A stretch of DNA of 64,000 nucleotides, taken from the NCBI GenBank assembly GCA_012295275.1, contig CM022672.1:19530001-19594000 (forward strand), read 5' to 3'. The translations under genes and the position numbers were made by a program. Below the pieces are notes generated by a model. That model made no database searches and had not been told where the DNA came from. It worked only from the letters and a program-made list of their open reading frames with translations. Source of the stretch: Chrysomallon squamiferum (Eukaryota > Animalia > Mollusca). Shown piece by piece: positions 13,470 to 26,425 of this stretch; the stretch's first letter is position 1; the number at the start of each line of letters is the position of its first letter.

Positions 13470-16252
13470 TTTGTTTATTTATTATCATTAATACAATAGT
13501 AACTTCACTGGACATTTACTGTTGTTCATTTTTTATTTATTTACCAGTACTAATTCAAAATTTTGATGTATAACATTTGCTAATTTGTTTTCATGCATCT
13601 GTGGAATCAGTGTCTGGTAAAGTTAATTAGCAAAAAATAAGTGTTGTTTAATGGGTTTTCTTTTGTCTTTGTTTAGTATTAAACCAGTTTAGTAATTACA
13701 TTTCAAGTAGTTGATGTTTTTACCCTGATATGTGCTAGATAAACACTTTATTGTATTTCTAATTCACCATCAGATTATCACTGTATATATCTTTGTAGTT
13801 ATATATAGATATATATATATATATATATAGTGTTATATGAATTCTGTATATGTGTTCTAAATAAACTGTAGATATACACACACACACATACATATATATT
13901 TGTATTTTTATTTATAAGACTGAAGGTAAATTTATCACATATTCAGATGTTCAGCATTGTTGTCGTTAATTACATCAGACAGTAAAAACAAATTCTTAAA
14001 GTGATGATAGTAAATAAATAAATCTATAAAGCAAAAATAACTTTCACTAAATATAGTCAGAAATTTTTTTTTTTTTTAAATTATCTCTTTATTACCAGTA
14101 AATTAAATTTGTCTTCTCCAGTTTATTTTTTTTCATGAACCACTTTGTTGTTTTGGAAGTTATGGATGATATATGTTAGATTTGAAAAAGAATGAAATAA
14201 CAATACAATAAAATGTATTTTTCAAAGGTAAGTTTTTTTTTTTTATTATTTGTATTTTTATTTCTATTTCTATTTCTACAGTCTTGGGCATCGTCCTGCA
14301 AAATTTGAACACTCCAAGTTTGGACTGTTTTCCTGTGGATTGGATAGAAGCAGCCTTTCCAGTATTCCTGATACGATAACGGCATCCCTTGCTGGACCTT
14401 TGGTTTGTAGTTTAAAACACATCTAACAAACAGCAAAATATATTTAATATACAGGCACTGTCAGGTTACAAACCGGTTCAGTTCTTACATCTGTCTGTAT
14501 GTCAGGTTTGTTCAAAAATTGTTTATTTGTAATCGGGCCAAAGCCCGTACTTTCAGTAATAGATTGTTAAATTTGTAACTTGAAAATTACAAATGAAAAA
14601 AAAATGGAAAAATGTAACCAGGCTGAATACCTGTGATCATCTTTTTGTTATTATCCTATTTATTACAATGTTAGGACCATATATCCATATGTATGTTATT
14701 TCCTTATATTTTTTTTATATTTCAAGCACCACAAACCTAGTGAATGTGCCATATATTATTTTCATATTTTTATATTCTTTTTAATTATCATTTTGAATTT
14801 TCCTAAAATACTGCCTTGAGAAACAATATTTAAAATAAAAATTAATTTACTAACCAACCAGTATGGCAGTATAATTAGCAACACCAGCTGATGTCACTCT
14901 GACATCTGTATGTAATAAAAATAAGATTTTACAATAGTCTTAGATCGCTAATAATAAAATTTTACTACAGATGTCTCACTCATCATCCACCTCATCGGTC
15001 ATTTCTTCGGATAGTGACTGCTCGTCTCCGTACCGGTCATCAGACACTTGTGTAATTCGCGTCAGTCTTGAACCCAGCATGATCTCCAATACACATGTCT
15101 ACAAGAGCATAATGGTAAGTGCAGCGGACTTTCAGTTCTAAGATGTGCCAAAAGTATATACATGCCATAAAACAGTGGTAAGTGCAGTGGACTTTCAGTT
15201 CTAATGTTGGTATAAATTATGTACAGGTCTACAAGAGCATAGTGGTAAGTGCAGTGGACTTTCAGTTCTAATGTTGGTATAAATTGTGTACATGTCTACA
15301 AAAGCATAATGGTAAGTGCAGTGGACTTTCAGTTTTAATTTGTGCAAAAATTGTGTACATGTCAAAAACAGTGGTACGTACAGTGGAATTTCACTTTTAA
15401 TTTGTCTATAAATCATGTTGGTGAGTATAGTTAGCTTTCATCTATACATTTTAAAAAATTCATTTACAAATCATTATCAGTGTTCTGACCATCTTACCAG
15501 TATGAAGTAGCCACATTTTAAATATGTATTAAGAATGGTTTATTTGTTTTTAGTTAAAAAATACTGATCACACTCACACTGCAATAGCAAAAATCCTGGA
15601 GAAATACTCAGTGGAAGGCCACCCAGAGGACTACTGTCTGCTGCAAATTTTACCTGATGGAGGTAACAAATATGCATTTTTGTTAATTCACCTACATAAA
15701 CAAATATTTCTTAAAACACTTATTTTTACAAAGTAAGCAGATGCTGTTTCTTTAGAAATATAATTTCCCATATAATGATTGGGTTGCCATTTTGAATGGA
15801 TTGGTTCCTAGATATCAGATTTAATTCCGAATCTGTTTGTAGAAGTATGCTGGATTAAAACATATCTTTATACCATCCCTAGAGAGCAATACACACATTT
15901 TTGAAAATAGATGTCATATATTCTCCTGACCATTTAAAATCAAAGAATATAAAAAAATTCAGTTTAGAAATAATCACAGTTGTCCACCATAAATTAAAAA
16001 AAATAATAAGTAATGTTTGGTTTTGTTACACAAACTTTTATTAACATTATAAATATATTTAGAAACTATTTATCATGAAATATTGTGCTTATTTTTTTTG
16101 CAGAGTTGTTGATTCCACAGGGATCAAATGTTTTTTACGCTCTGAACAACTCAGTTGATGATCTCAAGTTTGTGGTGCGAAGTCGGGCGGAGCAGGAGTC
16201 TCTCAGTCACAAACAGAAAGGAAAGCGTCGTCTGAAGAAACTCAGCTTGTGA
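4506..16252 (+). CDS. RALGDS/RGL: Ral guanine nucleotide dissociation stimulator-like protein (REM + CDC25 RasGEF + C-terminal RA domain), about 676 aa, 16 exons
   Basis: Phase-consistent GT-AG exons: 4506-4532, 5059-5151, 5767-5972, 6185-6247, 6624-6808, 7393-7523, 8000-8212, 8640-8743, 9247-9331, 9832-9921, 10536-10777, 11315-11383, 14282-14402, 14971-15114, 15554-15662, 16104-16252 (2031 nt, ends TGA). Motifs: [62 protein letters not shown], and RA-domain CVIRVSL..YKSIM..DYCLLQ..NVFYAL. Confidence 0.95.
14452..14633. mobile_element. Degenerate Tigger-like MITE remnant in a RalGDS intron
   Basis: Imperfect TIRs CAGGCACTGTCAGGTTACA and TGTAACCAGGCTGAATACCTG, preceded by TA. Confidence 0.4.
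15090..15426 (+). repeat. Minisatellite (62-67 bp unit, about 5 copies) duplicating the end of RalGDS exon 14 and its donor
   Basis: Unit ..CATGTCTACAAGAGCATAATG|GTAAGTGCAGTGGACTTTCAGTTCTAA.., with GT at 15115, 15178, 15245, 15312 and 15374. Confidence 0.9.
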
Positions 16253-18129
16253 AGACTTAGTGTGTGTGTAATGTGATTGACTTGTCAGCAGTCGTGGAGG
16301 ATTGTGATACACTTCTGCATTTAAACATAAATTTATACGTCAAAACCAGTTTACACCAGCTAAAAATATTTCCGTTCAAACGTTAGTCATTATTCTTCAC
16401 AGGCATTATTCAGCGTCTTCCAATGGAATGTAAAAAAAAAAAAAAAAAAATTAAAAATTAGTTTGATAACTGAATGTGGGGTGTTTATAGCCAAGATTCC
16501 CTACTTTCTCACAGAATTAATTAAGATTCATTTCTTTTACATTTATTGCCAAATTCTTCTGTTGTTATTAAGTATACTGTTATCAGCTTCACTGATAAAA
16601 GAAAGAAATCCCAGAATTTTAAATTATTTTTGAAAATGTGTATTTATTTTGTTGATAATTGTTTGTTTATATCTGAAGAATTACAGTATTTTTCAAATAG
16701 GTTTACGTAATTATAATAAACTATAATTAATTTATTATATCCCATACTATTTGTAGCACTAATATTATTATACATATAATCCTCACTGTTTGGTGGAAAA
16801 ATTAATTTTATAAAAAATGAATTAATATATATTATAAAATGTATGCAGTGAATATATATAAGTAATTAACTAACATAGAAAATAAATATTTATGTAATTA
16901 ACTAAATAAATGAAAAATTATATGTATATATATAAAACAATAAAAAAAAAAAAAAAACAAACAAAAAAACAACATTATTTCATGAAAGGAATATGTATTA
17001 GTAATATTAATATCTCTAATAGAATTTTTGGATAAATAACAATGAAAGTGTATTATATCAGTTCATTTTCTTGTTTCTTGAAAGTTATCAAGAAAGGTCT
17101 GTGTTGTCTCGGTTTTTGGACTGAAAGTTTAACAGGGTGTTTAACATGTGAAATGATTGTTTTCTTTACATACATGTATGTTTAAATGATGAATTTTAAC
17201 CATGTCTTATTGTTAAAAAATATACAACCATTAATATATTAATATTATTTTACTACAAAACAGTTGTTATATTTTTGAATTTTCTTCTTTTTTTCTTTCT
17301 TTCTTGTTTTGTATGAGTGCTTCCATTAACTAATATAATATATACAGTTTTAATTAGATTTTGAAATTTGTTTCCGTAAACGACATCATTGTTTGTGTTG
17401 TACTGTTTGTGCTGTTACTTCATCACTATTTTTCAGAAAGGTAATTCTTTGATAGATGAAGTTGTTTTTGCCCATCTGTAATATATGTTTTCATTGTGAA
17501 CACTAATACTTTTTTTTTAGTGCCAGGCTCAGTGTATTAGTATTGTCATGGTAAGAACACATCACATGTTGTTATAACGTTTGTATTTCTCTGTGTAAAA
17601 TTATAATCATTATTATGTAAACTACCATGACTTTGTCATTCTACTGTCACATTTTGTAACCAGTGTTTTAAATGATTTTATACAGTCTTTTTGTAATATT
17701 ATTTTGTTTTTGGTTTTTACAGATTTTTGATATCGTTACCAATGAAATGAAATTAGATCAAAGAATTTTAATTTGTTAGTGCAATATTTATGTTAATGTT
17801 TTGGGTGTAAATTTTAATTTTTTTTTTTTTTTTTTTTTTTTTCTGTTAAAATTTTGATAACCTCTGTGCTCAAAAAAAAAATAATTTTTTTAAAATAGAT
17901 GCCCAGATCAGTAGTGTAGTATATATGCACCTAGTACATTAGACAGCTCAGAATTAGTTTAAATTCCTCCTCCATCTTAATCCATTGCACCAACTCTTGG
18001 CTATTTTTCATGAATTACAGTAAAGGGACACTTAATTACAGTAAAGTTCCTGAAATGTTATCTTTGTTATGAGAATTGAATTTGTTATTTTCTCAAAATC
18101 ATAACAGTTCAGAGACATATAATGAGGAA

Positions 18130-18168
<39 letters not shown>

Positions 18169-20575
18169 GTGTTAAATTGCACATGCAGTGGATTAAATAG
18201 AAAAATCAAATCAGAAGTGTGGATTTGTGGAAAATAATTAACTTGTCCTACTGAAGCTAGTGAATTATTTTTGTCATGAATATACTCTTCCTGTACCAAA
18301 TAATAGTGCTGCAGATAACTTAGCTCAGTAGTAAATAGATTATGTATTTTGCTCAGAATGTAGTTTAGATAACAATACATTATTAGTGGATAGATTTCAA
18401 GTCTAGTTGATATATTTTATTTTTTATTTTTTTTATTTTAAAAAAAGAAAGAAAAAAAGAAATTTAAATCAAATAGTAAAATCAGAATCATATCCATTAT
18501 CCATTTTCTAACAAATTAAAAAATAATAATGCATAACCTTAATAATAACATTTGTGTTGTTTGTTTGTGTCTTATATAAACATGACAGTATTGTTTTGAC
18601 TGTTGGTTTCTTAATCACAAAATCTAGATGTGTTAGTTAAGGGTTTTTTCTGTTTATCAATTTATATCCATTTTCACAATTTTGTCACAATTGTTTTTAT
18701 TCTGTTTTCATTTCATTTTGGGGTTACATGGTGTTGCTATTTTCTTGTTAAGTTTTTTTTGTTTGTTTGTTTTTATTTATAAACTGGTGTGAAAGTCATT
18801 CAGAATTTGAAACAAAAAAAAACCTATATTTTTTATATTTCTTGTTTTTATACAAGTCATATTATAAAATTTTCTATCATTTTTCAAATATATAAAATAA
18901 GTTAAATTTCGTCTAAAATGGTGCCATGTTTTTAGTGCTTATTAAAGCTTTGTGCTGTTACAGCTAGCCAGTTCTTGATCAAATAATTTAAATTTCAGTC
19001 TTGTGAAACCAATAAATTTTTAAAAAGACAAATTAAAACTAACATTAGTAAGCTTTCTGTTATTGCATTTTTGCACTGTTGGTATGTTAGAATAGCTCAT
19101 ATTGTTCTCAAATGTTTGTTTTCTTGTTATATTTATAGATCTCAATTTTTAAAGATTTTTATTTGATTATATCATTATATCATGTGATTTGCTGAAATAC
19201 TGTTCTGAATAATCTAGTCATAAATTTGAATTAATTAAATATATTTACATATTAGTATTTTTGCTTATATTACCTTTTAAAAAAAATTTGCATCAAAGGT
19301 ATTGAATATTTTATTACAAAAAGAATGTAAAAAAAAAATCACAATAAATAATTATAATAATACTAATTACAAATATTTAAAAAATAAACAAAATCACAAA
19401 AAATAATAATAAAATATATAAAAGAAAAAAAAAGAGTATTAATAATAAAATAAAATTACAATATATAGTAATAATAATATTGAGTACATAATGCTAAAAT
19501 GACTAGATATTAATAATGTTCAGCTTAATGGGTTTTTTAACAATAAATTTCATTTTTTATTCATCTTTGTGGTCTTTACAAAGACCTTTGCTGTGCCAAA
19601 TATATTATTAAAGGAATAATAATAAAAGCTATTATTCATAATTTATTACACTGAGTGCTTCAATAACAATATTTACTATATATTATGTTTGGGTATGTAA
19701 CAGTAACACTAATTATTAAACCCAGATTTACACACCATACAATGTTAGGAAGCCTTGTCTTTTTTAATTATTATTATTACTTCTTTTTTTTCATGACCAT
19801 TGATACCTGTTCCAGTGGATCAAAATTGGATTTTAATTTTGAGCCAGTCTAACAACCCACCTACTCAGAAAAAACAATAAATGTTTACTGAAAGAAAATA
19901 TTCCATAGGTCCAATTTATCCACAAGTATTAATTTTAATTGGATTAACCCACCAAACATGTTTTCTTCTTCCTATCAGTGTTTATTATTATTATTATTAC
20001 TATGGTTCAGTATAAATTCATTAAAAAAAATATTGTTTTTAATTTTTAATTTTGTTTGGTTGAAATAAAAGAATAAAAACAGAATTGACCTTAACCTTTA
20101 GAAAATAAGTCAAAACATAACTGATGTGATTGTTAAACTTTTGACAAGGTCATGATATCAAATCCTGGCTGATATTTTTTGTAAAACAATAACATAGATT
20201 TTGTACTTGTATTTATTATATGTAAATTATTATTTGACAAAAGAAAATAAATGAGTCTTAAATAATGGTTTATTGTTATGTTTTGTTTGGGTTTTGTACT
20301 CAGCAGTATTTTTAAACTAGGTGCATGGGAAATTATATACTATAGAATTATATACTAAATCAGAAACTATACTCTTATTTATAATCATATCTTACAGTCC
20401 ATCCACAACAATAGAAAATACATAAATTTTACAAGTATGTGAAAATTTGTTGAACATTATGTTATAAACATTCATTATCAAGCCTTTATTTTATTATTTA
20501 TATACATAAATACACACACTGAAAATTTAATACGAAATCATGAATATGGGAAACACCTTTGAAACACACATAGTG

Positions 20576-20590
20576 ACATACATACATACA

Positions 20591-20652
<62 letters not shown>
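20576..20652. repeat. Compound (ACAT)n(AT)n microsatellite
   Basis: Seen directly. Confidence 0.95.
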
Positions 20653-20657
<5 letters not shown>

Positions 20658-20919
20658 TGGATCTATATTGTTTAGCGGTTTAATCACTTACATTCCAAGT
20701 TATAACGACAGATGCATGTATCAGAATTTGATACCTACAACAGTCGTTTATTTAATCCACAAATTATTTGTTTTATATGTAACACCTTTTGATTAGTGTA
20801 TTTAGAGTTGCGTCCCCTGTTTATTTACAGCCTGCAAACTACTTTATGTTACAAGTTGAAATTTAGATAATGTTAACAAATTTTACATTTTCATTAAGTT
20901 TAGCATAAATAGGTGAACA

Positions 20920-21882
20920 ATGCCAAAAGATCATCGATTGCCGGAGAGGCCGAAACCACCGTCAATTGATCAAATCATGTCGGATATAAAATGTGCTGGT
21001 GACGATGACGTGGTTTTCAGTGGCAACAGTGTAACCATCTCAAGAGGTAATTATAATGTTATATGAAATCATACATAGTTTTGCCTTGTATGATCATAGA
21101 TATAAAGCATTAATCAGGATTCTGTCTTTTTTCTAACCTAAATTTTTTAAATGTCGCATGGTATCAAACTTTTACGTGCAATGGAGATCTATTCAGTTAC
21201 CCGTGTTACTGTGTATAACTTGTAGTTATAAAGTCCTAAGCGATCACAGTTCGAGCTCGGTTACCATAAAATACAAAAATAAATTTTACTTAATTTTTAT
21301 TTTATTTATTTATTTTAAAAACAAACAAACGAAAAATACCCCCACACACACACACACAAACACACACTCAAATTGATGTAAATTAGTAACTAACATTTAG
21401 TGAACAAGACTTTGGCATTCTTGTAAATAAACTAGTTCGTACAGTAATGGATCGTATGAAGACTTTAATTTATAATTTTGTTACTTTATATGATCCAGTT
21501 CATTTATTTATACATTAATTGTTTAGTATTTTTATTGTTAGAGTTAGTATGATAAAGCAATTAATTTTGTAATTTTGTAATTTTTATTTGTATCTAATGT
21601 ATAGACAGTACTCCTGTGAATGAGAATATGTCCCCACTACATAAAATAGAAGAAAACGGACAAAGTGACGATTCTTCAACGGCAAAGTCAAAGAGTCCAG
21701 ATATTGGAGAAACTTATTTGAAAACACTGGATCTTCTTGATCTTGTTGAGCAACTTAAAAATATTCCTGATGAACTGAAGGAACAGTATGAACAGTTAGA
21801 GAAACTTGGAGCTGAAGTGGCAGATGTCATCAATGAACTTAAAGAATCTGCTAACACAGTCAAACACAAAACAAAAACATGA
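20920..21882 (+). CDS. C19orf25: UPF0449 protein C19orf25 homolog, about 134 aa, 2 coding exons
   Basis: Exon 20920-21046 reads MPKDHRLPERPKPPSIDQIMSDIKCAGDDDVVF, matching the LPxRPxPPxxxQIxxDxxxAxxxDxVF family motif. Phase-1 intron, then exon 21605-21882 with a coiled-coil-like C-terminus. Confidence 0.85.
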
Positions 21883-22979
21883 TGAACAAACGTTTCAAAA
21901 TTTGATATTAAATGTTAATATTTCAAGTATGTATCCCTATTTTTTATTTAATTTTTTATTGTAACTTGTGTTTGAATTACTGACAGTCTTGCTTATTTAT
22001 TACAGTAAGTCATCTGTACTAATAAATAAAATTATGCAGTAATTTTATTATTATTATCATTATATTTTTAATATTATTATTATTGTTTTTTTGTAGCAGA
22101 TCTTGCTGTAACTATTTGAAGGAAAATAATTCAGAAAATAGTTCATCTGTATGCTATTAACATCTATCCATTTTGGGACTATAAACATATAAATGTTGTC
22201 CATGGCAATGGTATTGACAATTTACTGTTTTAAGCATGGTGCAATATAATTATTATATTTGAGGTTTTTAAAAAAAATTAATAAGCTGAATAAGATAGTT
22301 CCTGTGTTGTTTTTGTTGACAAAAACTATATATTCGTAGCTTGTATGTTTAAATTTAAAAATATGTACATAATGTGCCTTGTGGTAATAAAAAAATCTTA
22401 TTCAAGTTCTCTTGTACTGCTATTTTGGGATGATGGAGTATTACCATTCCAAAGCCCTATTTATCAATTTATAATATCGTGTTCATCAAAAATATATAAA
22501 TCTTTTAACTAGAAAAAGTTTATGTCTGACAACTCTCAGAACTTGTAGTATAAGGTATGACTAATATTTGCTGTTGTTCATGTCAAACTTGTAAAAGCTG
22601 CTTTGATCTGCCGTATCTCCATTTTGCAAAATGATATTGTTAGCTCATAAAACAAAAATTAAAAATCTAGTAAATAAAATTTCAGAGGGTTGATCTTTCC
22701 TACTGAACAAAAAATATATATGTTTTGACGTGTACTTAAAAGCCATATGTGTGTGTAAATGCAACAATTTTAAGGCCTTGTTAAAGATTTATTATATATT
22801 GAATTACAAGTATCACTTTAAATTTCCTACAACTACAGTTACTGTAGTAAATGTGCATTAAAAGATAAAGAAAATCCTTTCCCATATTGAGATATTTTAA
22901 TAAATTTTCGTTCAAAAAACAATACCAAGCTTACAATGTAATACAAAATTTCTTTTTTCCTTATTTATGTCTATAATAC

Positions 22980-25763
22980 CTAGGTAGTCTGTGGTAAAGA
23001 TTCAGATATCTTATTCAGTTCTTGTGATATTTCTTTAACACTGTGCAAGATTTTACTTTCGTCTTCAGGTTTAAGTATTTTACCAAATTTCTGCATGAAT
23101 TTGTCAGGATGCCACCTGACCTGCTGATCTCTCAAGTATTTTCTAAACACTTTGCTTGAACGATCTTCAATATCACAGAACAGTATGTCTATCATGTCAG
23201 ACACAGAACCAACACATGGCCAGGGAACCATTTCAAATGTTAAAACACTGTCCTGGTTGTCCTGTAATAGCTGAGTGTAATTCTTCTCATAGAGAATCTT
23301 TTTCCTTCTTTTCCTTTCAAACTGGTCTTCTTTTTGGGTGTTCTTGTAGTTCCTCTGAAGTCTTTCGCGTATTCGTCTCAGTTCCTCTTCATCTATGGCC
23401 TGGGACCGAGATGTCGATGCTCCTGAGCTTGTGTATGTTTTTGTTTTCTTTCTTGGAGGAAGAGGTACATGAGAGTATTTACTTTTTAAATGATGTTCTC
23501 TTGTGATCCTGTCAGCCCATTCATCATAAGTTTCTGTTTTAGCTTCTGAATAATCTACATTTAAAAAAAAAAAAAAAAAAAAAATAAAAACAACTTTAAT
23601 ATTTATAGTGTTTCTCATATGTTTCTGCTTTAGCTTCTTAATAACCAACATTAAAAATAAAAATAAAAATAAAAATAAAAAAATACTTTAATATGTATAG
23701 TGTTCATTATAAGTTCCTGTTTTAGCTTCTGAATAATCTACATTAAAAACACAAAAACCTCACAACTTTAATATGTATAGTGTCATACATACAGCCACAC
23801 AAAATTTAAATATATAATGATAAATATTATGTTGCATCCATAGATTTAGATGGATAGTTTTTTATATTTGTGCCAATCATTATTTTTTTCTTTATAATGA
23901 AATAGGTTTCTTTTTAAAAATTACACCTTCCAGAATCTCCACTTTTCAAAGATCTGTTCCTCTGATAATATGTAATTGTTTTATAAACCAACTGATTAAA
24001 GACAAAGAATAAAAAAATGTTCGTACCACTACCAAATTCTTTCTCATCATTGCAATCTTCATTAAGTTCTTCTGCTAGTTTCTTCTGCCATTTGTCTTCA
24101 TTGTCAACAGAGCTGTCAGAGTCCAAATTGATTTCTCCAGTCTTAAAAACAGCATTCAACATATGAAATAAAAATTAATTAAAGGCACAATGGTTTTTAA
24201 TATTTGGAAATGAAGAATCTAAATTATTTGCAAAGTCAAAGATACCAAAGAATTCACTTCCATACACAGTTTGATGTATAAACCATGAATTATACATTAC
24301 TTGCATTTAAATGAAAAGCAATCGTACCAAATATGTGAATAAATATTTTCATGATTACACCTTGCCACATTTTTAAAAATATTTTCCATGTTAATTACCT
24401 TTAATTTCTTTTGGTATAGTGACAATATTAATAAGAACAAAAAATCAGTGATGCCTCTTATTATCTGTTCTTATCAATTAGGATATACACTGATTAAGAA
24501 CTTTTCATTTGGCTTTCTCATTAACCAGAAAATAAATATCACCAAATAAACAAGCTTCACTGAATCTGAAAGGGCTTTTAGCATGAGTTTTAAAAACATT
24601 ATAGACCGACCCTCTGGCAAACTAATGTATTGTGGCCCCTAAATGTATATATATATATATATACAATGATGAAATATTTATTGACAGTATGCCAGATCAT
24701 ACATGGTTTGTCTGGGCCCTGAGAAACTGCCCATGTTGTAAGACATCACTGACTATAAGTAAATGTATTTAATTTTAATTAGCTTCAGTTCTTTTTTTAC
24801 CTGGTCAAACAGTTGCTGTCGTGTCCTTAGCTGGTTCAGCAAATATCGACAAGTGACACCAGCCTTATTTGGTATGTCCAATGGTGCAGAAAAACGATTT
24901 AGCAATGGTAAAACAATTTCAGTAAAGACTGCAAAAAAACAAAATTATATGTATTAGTAAAGTTAAACACACAATGTGAATGCTAGGAAGTAATTAATTT
25001 GTCAACATTACAATATAATGTTCAAATAAAATAACAGATAAAACTAATGTTATTTATTATTTCTTAAAAATTTGTTTTAGATATATTAAAAAATAAACTA
25101 TACCCTGCTGTGAACCATTCAAAGAGTGCAAAGCTTTAGTTAGAGCAATGTGAAGAGGGAAGTTTAATTTATCATCTGTGCTGTCAGGATCTAAACCTTC
25201 AGTCAGCAAATACCTGAAGTAGAGAACAGAAATAATAATAAATCATAAATATAACAATTTACAAAAAGCACATTTATTTCACAGGAATTGTGAATTTAAA
25301 GGTAAATATGGCACAAAATTAAGTAAGAACATTTTTATAGTATGACTGACATTTTGATACTTTATTTTTTAAAACAAATTATCTTTCAATTCACTAAGCT
25401 ATAACTGGCATGAACAACTGTTTGATTTGTACAATCTGTCTAACAATTTATTTATTTATATTGTGGAAAAACCAATTTTACAGTTGCAAGCAGAAACCTT
25501 TCACTACAAATAATATGTTATGAAATTATTAAACATTTATAATATATCCAGATTTAAAAAAAAAAAAAACTTCATTTTGATATACATACTAACCGTATCA
25601 CGGACCCTGAGCTATGTTTACAGGCATAATGAAGCAGGGATTTGCCTCTGGACAAATGAATATCAGATAAACAAATCTCATATTTTTTAACATAGGATTT
25701 CAGCTTTTGTGGTCTGTCATCTTTAATATACCTCTTCAGTTTCTCTTGTCTGTCCTTACCCAT
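22980..25763 (-). CDS. NFKBIL1: NF-kappa-B inhibitor-like protein 1 homolog, about 365 aa, 5 coding exons
   Basis: Exons (-): 25763-25594, 25213-25104, 24928-24801, 24141-24027, 23554-22980 (1098 nt, in frame). Ankyrin-like GKSLLHYACK and NFPLHIAL, ETYDEWADRITRE, and C-terminal VPWP...YLRDQQVRWHPDKF typical of NFKBIL1. Confidence 0.9.
23525..23790 (-). repeat. Three tandem 91-92 bp copies of the NFKBIL1 last-exon acceptor region
   Basis: Repeated TTTAGCTTCTGAATAATCTACATT(A)n..ACTTTAATATGTATAGTG on the + strand. Confidence 0.85.
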
Positions 25764-26214
25764 TATTACACATAACTGAAAATAAAGTGAATTTATTTCA
25801 GTAGAAAAAACTCAAAACAAAACAAAAAAAAAGATACTATTCAACTTATTATATAGCCTACATATTTATAATACATTTTAAAATTAATAATTAAAATATT
25901 TAACATTTGGAATAATATCCGTTTTTCTTTTTTCCCCCTTTTTTTTTATTCCTCCATCAATCTTGGACTTAATGTTCCTATTTTAACATTTGCAAAAAAT
26001 AACATATCCCAAAATTATAAAATATTCTTAAATATAAATGTTTAAAACAGTATAATTTTATAAAGTAAACAAAGAAACGTTACATTGTAAGGTTAACAAA
26101 TAAATGTATATTTTCATTTTTGATTATGGTAGAGTATAATTAGCAGAGATTCTGTACACTGAAGAAAATTTAATACATTAATGATTAAGTATATATAAAT
26201 TATAATTACACCAA

Positions 26215-26425
26215 CCACTTACGACAAAACATAATTCTTATTTTTTCTGTAAGGGAGGATAACTCCGAAAAGGACTTGCTATTGGTATGTTAGAGTTATC
26301 TATCATAATATTTGGGTATCGTGTATTATTCTATCGGTCTGAACATGTAAAATTTTTGTTGTTGCATGCTATCGAATAATTAGTTACACCATCAGTTCGG
26401 GTTGTTAAATAAGAAAAGTGAGTAT
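26215..26425. promoter_or_regulatory. Probable bidirectional promoter between NFKBIL1 (-) and the four-repeat CaaX gene (+)
   Basis: A minus-strand donor (CTTAC, about 26218) and a plus-strand donor (GTGAGT, about 26418) of putative non-coding first exons face away from each other. Opposed motifs AAGGGAGGATAACTC (26251) and AGAGTTATCTATCAT (26292) lie between them. Confidence 0.55.

Noticed and set aside
14221-14233. AAAG|GTAAGT just upstream of RalGDS exon 13 (hidden exon or recursive site)
   Set aside because: It would leave a 54-nt intron, and the upstream candidate exon has an in-frame stop; likely chance.
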